Positions 37,736 to 50,473 of a stretch of DNA of 64,000 bases are shown here, one piece after another; within the stretch, counting starts at the first letter, position 1; each line of letters opens with the position of its first letter. The DNA lies in NCBI RefSeq assembly GCF_964355755.1, contig NC_092676.1, forward strand, positions 25,066,871 through 25,130,870, given 5' to 3'. Source of the DNA: Antedon mediterranea (taxonomy: Eukaryota; Animalia; Echinodermata). The position numbers and the translations under genes are program-made. Under the pieces are notes generated by a model, which searched no databases, was not told the DNA's origin, and was given only the letters and a program-made list of their open reading frames with translations.

Positions 37736-38352
37736 TAAATCAAAGAGCTGCATAGGCAGGATATAGAAAAAAATCAAGATCAAATAAGTTAAAACTGCCT
37801 CAATATAGATTTATTTTAACGACATGTTTCGGGCATAGCCCATCATCAGGTGAAAAGAATTGTAACAAAGGATAACATATATAAGTCACAAAATTACATA
37901 ATAAAACAAATCAGCCAATCAAAGATGTTAACAAACAAAAGGCACAGTTATAAAGCCACGCCTCCAAAAGCTATGGTGTACAAAGCAGGAATGGTTGCTT
38001 ATAAAGCAGGAAATTTAAAACAAAGACAAAAGCTTCAAGTGTAAATAATTGTTAATATGTGAATGTCTCTGGCAAAATTAATGTTTAAAGGATCTAAATT
38101 GTACATTTATGCCGGTAGGGGCAAGAGTGCCAAGCTTTACAATTATTCTTTCTTCTATAATTCTACGAGATGTCTCAGAACCATTACATACTTTAACACC
38201 AGAAATTGTAATATCCGAAAGGGAATGCTCATTATTACAAAAATGGGTGGCTACAGGTAATCCGGGAGTCTTTAGTTTAATAGACCTTAAATGTTCTACA
38301 AACCTATCACCTAACCTGCGTTTAGTTTCACCAATATAAAGCATATTAACAT
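37736..38352 (-). mobile_element. 5'-truncated Penelope-like retroelement (GIY-YIG endonuclease C-terminus plus pLTR)
   Basis: ORF LYIGETKRRLGDRFVEH...VATHF...LGTLAPTGIN (38344-38078); 15-bp direct repeat CTAACTAATACTTTA at 37721-37735 and 38353-38367. Confidence 0.88.
37814..37856 (-). ncRNA. Minimal hammerhead ribozyme
   Basis: Minus strand UUUUCAC CUGAUGA U GGGC UAU GCCC GAAAC AU GUC GUUAAAA: intact core boxes, stem II, palindromic short stem III and stem I. Confidence 0.8.
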
Positions 38353-40580
38353 CTAACTAATACTTTAGCTCCATGACTCGAGTCGATGAAGGAAAATAAC
38401 ACCGTAAACAAGCATTCCACAAGGCCGTCGTTCTTATGAAAATATTTGCTGGTTTGTTAAGTGAATTAGGACTACATGTCAAGATTATACTGAATTTAAT
38501 CACTTCGGGTTCCAGTGTCCGTGTAGGGTGTAAAAATCAATTAAATACCGATAACACCGATAACACTTTACCGATACATCAATAAACTTTCTATATATGA
38601 TAAATACACTTTACCGATATATCAATAAACTTTCGATATATGATAAATACGCTTTACAGATACGAATAGATTAATTAACCTTTTACACTATATACAGAAT
38701 ATACAGAACAGGGGAGCGAAAACATATATTTTAATATCAAGTGTCTTTCTGGTTAGCTGACAAAAGGGGAGAGCATTTCAGAAGCGCAATCCCACTGTTC
38801 CAATTCCTGGGATCGCTAAGTATTAGTGTTTTTTAATGTTTTGTATCAATTTTGCATTTTTTAAACTTTTCTAATTCCATATATTTTTCTTGTAAATCAA
38901 CAATTTCAGATTTTGGGCTGCATGTTATTACTATATAAACCTGAATAAATAAATAAATATTTACTACTAATTTTGTATGAGCGAGAAAAACAAATGAAAC
39001 CTTCTGAAACCAAAACTTTACTGACAAAAAGCAGTTCATTTGACTAATGATTTTACCCTGAAATGTCACTTTGTTTTCTCATGTGTGGCCATGGATGACT
39101 TATTTCTCCATTGTGTTTCTTATTTCTGTTTCTTGTGTAACTGGTGTCCTTGGCAGTTTTATCGGCCAGACATTATTATCATCACCCAAGGTTTTATCAA
39201 CATGGCAAATAACAACAGCTGTTTATTGAAGGATTTTAAAGTGTGGACATCAGCTAAAAATTTCCTTCACGCCGTCAATCGTTAAAGTTATGGTTGTGTA
39301 CCAGAGAAGAGTGAAATGACATCCTTCCTTGGTTGTACTATTCTGTGTTGACAGCAGAATTGCAGAAAGTATTGCTTGGTTTACGACGTAGCGCCACCGG
39401 GAGATTTTATTTTATTTTTTTTATGGCAGAAGCAGAACCTATTGCAGTAGTATGTACAGCGGTAAAACTATCAATGCCAAAGATGTGATGACAAACACAA
39501 TTAGGCGGTGATGAGAGAAATCTATAGAGATGTTATGATATTTCTATGGAAAATCAAATAACACTTCTTTCTCTCACTCTTGAAGACGATCAAAGCATAT
39601 TGTTCAAAACGTCGAGAAACTCAACAGTTCTTTTCAGAACTAATATACGTGGTGTACCGCAAACTTTATATCAACTTTCTTTCTTTTTACACTTGTGTTA
39701 AACAGCGCATAGACTATTTGTATTTTGCGCTATACAAATTTAAAATCATTAACCATCAAATATCTCCCTGCAATATAAATTACCCCAATAGAGGCTACAC
39801 CTATTTTGTATTTTTCATGCTATGCTTCAATCCGATTGGTTAGCAATTCCTCACAGGAACATGGCATGTTCAAACAAGTGATATAAATACTGTATAATAC
39901 TTCAATCTTGTTGAGACGTTGCGGGATCCTTTACAAATAATCTACCAAAATTGCAGTACGAATAACATTTCTTTTTATTATAAAATATATTATGTACACA
40001 TTGTCATGGCAATATGAAGATGTATATAGTTATTGTCATTCTTTTAATTAAAAATTTAAATTTTGCAATCCATTGATTGGATTGGAGTTGGTTGCAATCC
40101 ATTGATTGATAATATTCAAGCGGGGTGGATTACAGATTGCAAAATATGACTGGTCTCTCTGTCAAAGTCGACCCAGGGATTCACCCTGGTCCACCTCATT
40201 CATATTAGGCCTGATAGTGCTATAGATAGGTTTAATAACTTTTTTTCAGGCCATTAAAGCAAAGAAGTTATTGCAACACTAAAAAAACTGAGACTGCACA
40301 TGCATCCTTGGGTCTAAAATATCTGCAAACTATCCAGCATGCATGAGTTTATTAAATAGATTAAAACCTGGTTTTCATTTCAGAGACAAGTTTTGAGTTG
40401 ACTGTACTATCAACAGTAACTTGTTGGGTGCTGAATTACTCAATCCATGAGTCCAGATGAATTTCACCCTCAAGATCAGTCAACCATGTATTGTACAGTG
40501 TGACCTTTGACACATAAATTATCATGTCGTAACATGTTTTACTCAAAATTTCAACTAAATCTGAATCGATTTGAGTTGGT

Positions 40581-43500
40581 TCATGTTGTAGAAATAGAAT
40601 CACAACCATACAATACCTTACGTATGCAGTTTGCTTGAGTTTCTTTATCAGATTCTGAAAGAAATATCAATTGAATCGGATCAAGAAGGTATAAAAATAA
40701 ATTATTTTTTATCCTCCCTGGCCTGGTCAGATTGACCTGCACATTTTAGTTGTTTTATTTTAAACACTTTTATATGTTATCCCGTGCATCTACATAATTT
40801 AATCTTGCCCTATTCATTTTTCATTAATGTTTTTTAATGTTTAAGATGTTTATATATTTATTTTATTTTGCAGTTTTTTTATTTTTAAGTGGATTGATGA
40901 GGTGCCAAATAAATGAAATGAAAGAAAAATGAACAAAGATTAATGTTATTTTATATACTAAGTGGGGATTTTTTTTTTCCATAGATAAATTTCAACCAAG
41001 TGAATTAACGTAGTGATACATACATGTAACTATTAAACTTACGATTTATTTCATGATCTTTAAGCAAGTCCAGATATTCAGAGGTAGAGGGCAGCAGATC
41101 TAGAAGATTGACCGAATCAATACGAGGCAGTTTGACGTTGTAGTATACGTATATCTTGTTATCAAACGTGGCATACACTAAACATGGGTTGGTTGCACCG
41201 GCAATTGTGTAACGTCCTAAACAAGAAATTAATCTTATTAATATTCATGTTATAGCATGTTGTTTTCAATATTACCAACAGTTGAGTTTTATCACTGTTT
41301 CAATAGGTAGCAACTACAGTGCAAAAAAGAATTGAGTCCCAACAGGACTTGAACCCGAAACTTAGGATTGGTAAGCAACAACCTATTTCTAGTGCTTGTA
41401 AACACAAGGCTTCTGGTTAATAGACGTTGAAAACATCTGCAATTTTTTAATAATAATTATCATTTTTAATAATACTACTAATTATTTGCAGTGATGAAGT
41501 GTTGCCCGAAAGCTCTGCAAATTTTTCTGGTTGTTTGATTTCATAGTTTTTATTTAGCTTTTCGCTTTTATTTTGTATCTCCATTGAGATCTAGCCACTA
41601 ATGCCCACAGCATTGTCATTTTGTATCTCCATTGAGATCTAGCCACTAATACCCACAGCATTGTCATTTTGTATCTCCATTGAGATCTAGCCACTAATAC
41701 CCACAGCATTGTCATTTTGTATCTCCATTGAGATCTAGCCACTAATACCCACAGCATTGTCATTTTGTATCTCCATTGAGATCTAGCCACTAATACCCAC
41801 AGCATTGTCATTTTGTATCTCCATTGAGATCTAGCCACTAATGCCCACAGCATTGTCATTTTGTATCTCCATTGAGATCTAGCCACTAATACCCACAGCA
41901 TTGTCATTTTGTATCTCCATTGAGATCTAGCCACTAATGCCCACAGCATTGTCATTTTGTATCTCCATTGAGATCTAGCCACTAATGCCCACAGCATTGT
42001 CATTTTTTCAGTAATTTGCCTTTGGATTAATATTATTTTTAATATAGTAGAACATCGGGGAAACCTTTATGATTAACAAACAAGATGCAGTATATCTGTT
42101 AATCTGTCCCTGGCCTTAACAGGGGTTCTATTATAGTAAATCTATAAGTAATTCCACTTACCAGCACAAAATGCAGCTACATTGCCATCAAACCTAAACT
42201 TGGCAATATTTTGTTCCTGGTCAGCGATGTACGTCATTCCATTCCACGCACAGCATAACACTTCATCTTTTCCATCTCCCTGAAAAATTAAAATAATTTT
42301 AGTAAAATTCATTTTCAAATTTAATAACACTTTTGTAATATATGATTAAAACAGTATAGAGATTTTGCCAATTTGCTACCTAAACAATACGCAATGCAGT
42401 ATAATCAAAGTCTATTGGTTATCAACTTACAGTGATATCAAGAGCGGTCAGTGAGAACAATTGATGGTCAAGCTTATAGGACCACACCATCTCATCCTCC
42501 TGAATCATCATTAAGTTACCTATCAACAAATGTCAAGTGTTACCATGGAAATCAAAACAAGTTTAATTTGAAAAAAAAGTTTTTTCGGGTTATTGTTAGT
42601 AAGAACTCAAGCTCTGTCTACACTATCAAACTAGTTTGACAAAAAAAGTGTGATGTGCCAAACTATGGTAGTGATATGCTTAAATATGGGAGTGATATGA
42701 CATCATCATATCCATATATGGGCGCATCACATTTTTTTGTCACATAAAGATTGATAGTGTAGACAGAGCTTAACAAACAGGAATTAAATTGTCTATATAT
42801 TACATAATTTACTTATAAAGCTTGGTTCCCACTAGCGACACAACACGCCACCTACGCAATAAGAAAATAGCCTTCCAATAATTGTGTTTGCCTCCGCTTG
42901 TGTGAAATCAAGCCCGAGATGTTTGAAGCACTGTTGCGATGCAGTTCCCACTTGTAATTAAACAATACAGTACAGCACTTCAATACGTCGAGGCGTTGCA
43001 TTGCGTCGCTAGTGGGAACCACGCTTAAGACAGCAGAAAAATTATTTTAGCAAACTGAATCTTACCATCTAAAGAACTGAGAACAAATTTATCACACTGA
43101 GGTTCGTCAACAACACTTGTTCCTATTTAAAAAGAAATATATATATATGTATATGTTTGAAGCTGTGATGCCGAGTGGCCGAGTGGTTAAGACAGTGGAA
43201 CCTAATTACGTAGCCATGGTTGAGGTGGTAGAACGAGTCTTCTCGGATAAGGACTACAAGATATAGGTCCAATGTACACATAGCTCATGTGTACTTTAAA
43301 GAAACTAGTACATCTTTCAAGACAAGTAGGGGGTTACCCCGGTGTACTAGTCCACACAAACACAGCCACTGTGCAATTGGGAATGGACCATTTTAGGTGT
43401 TTACCACCTGTTGGTCCCATCCTTGACAAATGTACATACATCTTAGTGAGAAGTTGAATAATAGAATAAATAACAAAATTGCCTTAAATTTTATAATATT

Positions 43501-46500
43501 AATAAATATAAATTAATTGTGAGAATAAAAGTCTATCATTTCATTATAATTCAATTCATATTCATTGTTCTAATTCATATAAAAATAAATCTTAAAATCT
43601 TTACCACTTTACCTTGTGATAAATGGCCACTGATTTCTGTTGTAATAATGCTGTTTCTAGCCTTCACGCTTGAGATGCTATGAGCTACTATGAGGACAGA
43701 GTTCTCATTGTAAGCCTGTATGTTGCCTTCCTCAGCCCACGTACATTTCAGTTCAACGTAACAGAACCCAGGCTGGGAGGCCACTAGCTTAGGTATGCCA
43801 TTCTGGTGATGTAGGGCTATAGAACCAATCTACAAATATTGCAAATAAAGTTTAACATATTTTTGAATGATGGAAATGAAATATGAATATTTTTTTTGTC
43901 TTTTATGGGTGAATATTTATTGATAGGAATTTCACAAAATTACACACCTGTCCAGGTGGTTCCCACATCTGTAGGAGTTTAAGAATGCCTTTACTCTGTT
44001 CACTTGGGTTCTAGAAAAATAGTAAATAACAATTAATAACCATAACATTTTTAAAACCATAAAGAAACATAAATAAACATAAAATAATTCTATTTAGGCA
44101 TGGTATATTATGATGAATTAAGGTCAATTTACACAGACGAGCGGTAACAGTAATAAAAATAGAGAATCTATGTTATTCCTTATGACCATTTACACACAAT
44201 GTTGAGCGGACGGCAGTTTCCACTCAGGATAGATACAGATTCCATGTGGGACAAGCTATGTGTGTAAATTGGCCTCATGAGTGGAAGTAGTAAAGCACAG
44301 TAGAACCTCTATTAAGGGGACACCTTCGGGGTGCTACACAGTTAATAGAGGTTAGTCCAAATAGAGGATGGCCGTAATGTTAAATCATATATTTGCCCTT
44401 GTTTATTTTAAAAGTTAGGGTAGAGAGGAGTTGTTCTTCTGTAAATGCTCTAGCATCAAGCCACAAATATGCTTACATCATCACTGTATTCCATCCATTT
44501 GTAAGCCCTAATAACACGGTCTGTGTGTCCTATTACTAGTTCATACATACCATCTCCATCTGTGAAATGTTACAGAAATAACTATTATTACACAACAGTA
44601 ATTATATATAACTAGATGGCACGCTCGCTTCGCTCGCGTACCATCTAGGTCGTGCCCACAGATGGTTCTCGAATACACAGTATTTCCAGCGAGAAAAAAA
44701 TGGAGATTTCAAATGTACGTACCGCAGGACTATAATACATTGTCGTTTACAGAAACGAATAAATATACACAATGATTTATGTAGTCAACCAAAATTAGCA
44801 CCCTGGGAATTACTTCCGAGAGAGAAACAAAATGAGTCAAATTTTTTTATTTGGACTCATTTAAACAAACCCAATTTGTGTTTTGTATGTAACATTAAGG
44901 GTTGAGGGATGGGGGAAGAAGATAGGTACAAAGAGGAAACATTTTAAAATATATTCTTATCCACTCAGTAACGAAATATTGTTTTTAATGTTTTATAGGC
45001 CTATAAATAATATACCACTAAATACAGTAAAACATTTACGATTTAATACGGTATTTTGTTAAAACTCTCACTGTCATAGTCGATTGAAATAGTAAAGTAC
45101 ATGTAACGATACACCACTACGACGTTTATATATTTTTAAATTATTAATTAATACAAACGTTGAGAAGCAACTGTCAGTAATAACGTTTATTTATTTGTAT
45201 ATTATATGTTTATAATCTAACAGTAGGGCCTACCCACACTCACAGTAATAAAGTTTATTTGTATATATTTTTATACAGTATTACATCTAACAGTACCAAC
45301 ACTCACAGTAAGAAATTTGCGATTCAAATTGCGATCAAAAGTGGTTAATACCTTAACAGTATTGTACAGCATTGCAATACTATTTATGTTTATTCTCCAA
45401 GGGGGCCCATAAATCTAAATCTATACCTCTATGGTTAAACCAAATAATTTGGAATGTTTATTTGTATATTATATGTTTATAATCTAACAGTAGGGCCTAC
45501 CCACACTCACAGTAATAAAGTTTATTTGTATATATTTTTATATTACATCTAACAGTACCAACACTCACAGTAAGAAATTTGCGATTCAAATTGCGATCAA
45601 AAGTGGTTAATACCTTAACAGTATTGTACAGCATTGCAATACTATTTATGCTTATTCTCCAAGGGGGCCCATAAATCTAAATCTATACCTGTATGGTTAA
45701 ACCAAATAATTTGGAATGTTCCATTCATCACAAATCAATACATTTGTAAAAACGTATATTAAATGTATCAAAATAGTATTTTTTAAAGAAAATCGGCCTG
45801 TCTTCAACATTATGATGCTGTACTCGAACTGTTCAACCGGTTTTCAGCTATTAAAAACAATTATCGTAGGAGGAGATAGGAAAATGCGAAGCCTCCTCGC
45901 ATTTTTGTGGCGGGTATTTTTCAAGATGGACATCCATTAGACAGTGTATACCACGATCGGAAAACACCCCTATTTGGGGCAAATCGTTGAACCTAAATTC
46001 GTTTTAATCGTCAATAACTAATTATCTAACTTAATTTAATTAGTAAACAGGGTAACATCAGGTGGTTAAAATCAGTACCGAAAGTACGAACCAACTTTAT
46101 ATACCATCGAGTAAAAATTCTAGAAGTAAGGCGCGATTGACCGAATTTTGCCCTTACGTAAATTTATATATAGATTATATATAACATTTTATTCAATGAC
46201 ATTTTCGATGACTGGCAACTATTAAGCATGTAAAAAATTAATGTAATCTACTACAATTATTTTTTACATATTTATTAATTGCCAGTAAAATATAAATTTG
46301 AAACTGTTTATTCATTACAATTGTGAATGTTCAGTATTTTTAACCTTTTGATATTATTTTTTTGTCGGTCAGTCAACACTAATTCAAATTTGAGCATGCG
46401 ACTGCAGCCATGTATATGGCCTTGTTTATGGATGTTTTAATTTGATTGTAAAAAGAAGCTGAGTCTCACATTTGTTATTTTACAGTACTGTGTTGTTATG

Positions 46501-48545
46501 TGACAATAAAGTTTATCTATATCTAATGTATAATTCTTTTATGAAATTACCTCAAATTACAAAATTGTTCAGTATCATCAGTTAGAGAAAGAAGTTTTAC
46601 TCTATAATACTCATTTTTTGCTGTTTTTAATCCTTTTAAAGCTGTTTTAAACTATTTTAATCTCCTGAATCCTTTTCAATTTTAATACCTAGTCTTTTTT
46701 ACACCGTGTTTCATAACTCATATTTTTTGTGCAATTATGTGTGTGTACATAATATATTATATTGTATATCTATTTATTATTGTACTAATAATTGTCAATC
46801 TTCAAGAAGAATTTCTGTTGTTATTTTATGATGATGATGGACAAGCATTTCAGTATTCAGTATTACTTTAACTCTTGTCAGTGTTGTTTTTAAATATTCT
46901 ATAAATTTGAAACTTAATTTGATTATTAATTAAATGACATACCAACATCATCAATAAGGATCATCTTTGTGTTGGCAGCAAGGTGCTGTGTGTGACATGG
47001 AACCATATCGACAGGTTTCTAGAATAAAAATATTAAATCAAATCTTAAATTAGGAAAGTAAAAGTATGAAATAATAAATAGATAATATATTAGTGAGATG
47101 AGTTGTAACTCATATGACTCTTTCACCTCCACTCCCTAAGCCTCAAATGAGACTTAGTTTATAAGCATGATAAATTATAAAATAGTTTATCCATCCTGTA
47201 ATTGGCGAGTTACAGTACTCGCTGTTGGATGCGTATGAAATAAATAAATAAAATGTCCCTGAATTTACCATGCATACTTTACCAACCTTGTCTTCTGAAC
47301 TAAATTGAAAAATATTGCACCATCCTTCAGCATTCATTGTTACAACTACATTCTGAAAAAAGTTGAGAAACAGTTGAGAAAAAGTTTATGCAGTTAGTAC
47401 TCATAAAACATTGGTGAATGGATTTGTTAATATTTAAAGCTCATTAGAAAATAGTGTTTACCTTCATCTTGTTAAAAAGATCTCCAATTCCTAAACAGGT
47501 AATCTGTGAACATATTGAGATATAATGAATAATATGTTTCCACTGTATAGTATTACAAAAAAGTAAAAAGTACTGTACACCCACAAACTGCAGGCTGAAA
47601 CATCAGAAACCACAATGGGGTACCATAAAGGGGCAACACCAAAATGCAGAGGGCACCCTAGGCTGCAGCAGTTCACCAACACAGAGGCTTGTAATAACAT
47701 ACAGGAACTGTCTCGCATAATAGTAGTTAGTGCATTTTAAGATGTGCTTATTTATTCATTAAACATTGGGTAAATAGCTAAAGCGGAAGCTATGGGCCAA
47801 TAGCACAAAACACAGAAGTGGGAACCTCTTGAGGGCAGTGGCATGAGCAGAGTTAAGGGGCCCAAGAGCATAAGCAGCCCCAATGCAAATATCCAGCATT
47901 GGAGGGCCCCTTAGGAGTGCTGAACCAGGCATTACACAACTGCTTGAGCCTTGATGAGGGGTTGTGGTTTGAAATTGATATTATGACTACTAGCATAAAA
48001 CTTGCTTACCATTCCCAGTCCACTACAACGCGCCCAGGCAGTAACTGCATCTCCTTTAAAGATATTTAAATCACCTTCTACATTGCCAACAACTAACTCG
48101 TGCTCCTAAAAAAACAATTTAAAGCCATAACGCACAGAAAATGTACAAAAAAAGATTTCTAAATTTAAAAAAAATTATCCTTAAAAAATCTATTCATATT
48201 ATAAAAGTTTAGACCCTGTGGTCTAAAGATATCAAACAAAATGATGGTATAAAAATGATACTATGACAATATGTGGAAATTAGTTATAAAAGGACTACTT
48301 GTATATAGATATATATAGGGACGAAACGACTTGTTTATATTTGTCTAGGTTACAGCGCACTTAGAGGGCGCAGAAGAAAATATTCATGAGATGGGTCTAG
48401 TCCTAGGCTAGACAGACTGGCACTTCCAGTAAGCTTTAATAATACTCACTCCATCATTATTTATATCCCCTAATATTACATTATTTGAAAGTAAATTTCC
48501 TTCAAATTCTAGTTCCACCTTATCAACAAAAGTTACAGATCTCAT
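40581..48545 (-). CDS. ITFG2: KICSTOR complex protein ITFG2 (integrin alpha FG-GAP repeat-containing 2)
   Basis: N-terminus MRSVTFVDKVELEFEGNLL...[37 protein letters not shown] and GDGKDEVLCCAWNGMTYI resemble ITFG2 (recalled, not searched). 13 exons: 48545-48450, 48105-48010, 47503-47462, 47352-47287, 47018-46943, 44559-44477, 44010-43948, 43829-43613, 43122-43066, 42519-42431, 42279-42162, 41216-41043, 40654-40581. Confidence 0.93.
41570..42006. repeat. 48-bp intronic minisatellite, 9 copies
   Basis: TTTTGTATCTCCATTGAGATCTAGCCACTAAT(G/A)CCCACAGCATTGTCA. Confidence 0.95.
42609..42772. mobile_element. MITE family 1, intact copy
   Basis: AAGCTCTGTCTACACTATCAA...TTGATAGTGTAGACAGAGCTT. Confidence 0.9.
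42818..43026. mobile_element. MITE family 2 copy
   Basis: AAGCTTGGTTCCCACTAGCGAC...GTCGCTAGTGGGAACCACGCTT; interior resembles 14439-14650. Confidence 0.85.
43162..43470 (+). mobile_element. tRNA-derived SINE
   Basis: A-box-like GTGGCCGAGTGGTTAAG head; core shared with 25660; A-rich tail. Confidence 0.6.
44612..46174 (-). mobile_element. Non-autonomous Helitron in an ITFG2 intron
   Basis: Minus strand begins A|TCTATATATA and ends with a GC-rich hairpin ...CGCGAGCGAAGCGAGCGTGCCATCTAG|T; internal ~270-bp tandem duplication (45185-45720). Confidence 0.78.
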
Positions 48546-50473
48546 TTTGTTTGTTGTTTTATTGCATGCTGCTCTGGGGGAGGACTTGTTGATGGTCCGT
48601 TTTGGGAACCTCTAACAATCTCTAAATTGAAATAAGTATGGAAAGCTACAGAAGAAAAAACCCATTCCCATTGTTATTTGCATAGCCTATAGATTTAAAT
48701 ATTTAAAATATTTTGGGTTAAATTTCAAATCAAATAACCAATAGCCTTGGTTGTTTTAATAGAAATATTTTGAAATCAATAATCAACAAACATACAAAAA
48801 AAAACACAATAAAAGTAAGGTATACTGTTTAATTTATTCCAATCTGAGAAAAATTAATTTTTACATAATTGTTACTTTGAAATATTGAAATTTAAAGTAC
48901 ACTCTCACCCACAGCACATTCGAAGTATCAAGTGCAAGAGGAACATTTTCTATATTCATAACGGTATTTTCTAAACCAATAAAATATTGATACTATATAC
49001 ATGGGCGGAAACGGATAAAATATTATAGAACCTGATTGATAAAATACTATCTCCTAAAACTATTGGAATTATTTACATCTTATAAAGAATTTACACAGTA
49101 TTCACATCACATAGACTTAAATCAGAGACTTAAATAGCACATAAATAAGTCACTTTTAACATTGTACTAAAGTATAAATTTAAATATTTATCAGCCTCTT
49201 CCTCTCTTTTAGGAATGAATATTGGAGGAATGTTATTATGAAAATTAAGTTTTACAGGTCTATAACTGCATATAAAAGTATACTAGGAAGCATTTTCCTA
49301 TTTTAATAAATACCATATCATATTAATTAAAACTTAATTTAATATTTGGTAGATGGTTCAAGGTTTTAAAGATTCAAAGTCTTTTTAAACGCAAGTAAAG
49401 CTCTGTCTATCAAACTAGTTTGACAAAAAAGGTATGTCCAAATATGGTAGTGATATGCCCAAATATGGTAGAGATATAACATCATCATGTCCATATATGG
49501 GCACATCACAATTGTTTATCACATAAAGTTTGATAGAGTAAGAAACAATTGTTGTTCATCTGTAGTATAAATAATGACATCACAGTACTGCACCATGTGA
49601 CTTTATCTTTTTGGTAAGACATTATGAATTTAAATACAATATTTTTTTAAATATACTTCAAAACTAAATAGCCACTGGACATATTAGGTATCAACTACTT
49701 ATTAAAATTATATAATACAAATATTTACAATTTTCTTTTGGAATGGTCAATGAATTTTAAAGAAATACTTTAAATATTTGGAATGTAATATATTCCGCAA
49801 GGTATAATAGAAATGGACAAATTTTATTGATTTTTTTTCAGCATAAGAGCACCATAGGAAAAAACTAGTAAAAACAGAAGTTTTTAATTAAACAATTTGG
49901 ATAAATAATAATTATAAATAATGTCTAAATGAACTTCAGCCATTACCCAAACCTAAAATCTATCTAAAATAAATTGAATCTTTTTAGAAATGTTGATAAA
50001 AACTTTAAATCTTATAAATAGTTATTATTGCTAAACCCTGTATATAAATCTGTGTAATTTGTGTATAATAAGCTTAAACATTTACATTTTAGATGTATCA
50101 TAATTAATAATGCCAAAATTAAATACTGTTTATATACAGTAAAGTAATTTTATAGTATGCAAAGGTGATTTTCATATTAATTCGAACATTAAAAACACTT
50201 AAATACAAAAAAGTATTTTGGTGTTATGTAAAAGTTTTTTTTTTTCAATCATTTTAATTTAACTCAGGAATTAATGCCTTCTTTCAGCAATTGAATTAAA
50301 ATATGTTTATATACTGTACAATATTTTATTATAAGGGGACGGAATTATAATATTGTCGCTCATTAATTAATAGGTAATGCAGCATCTCCTATTTATAATT
50401 TCAAATTTAATATTAAATTTTGATTAGCATAAGATTAGTTATGTAGCCTTTGACAGGTTCAGAGTATAAGATG

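Noticed and set aside
41554-42003. 149-aa repeat ORF (MTMLWALVARSQWRYK)n
   Set aside because: Product of a 48-bp intronic minisatellite; flanking ITFG2 exons join in frame without it.
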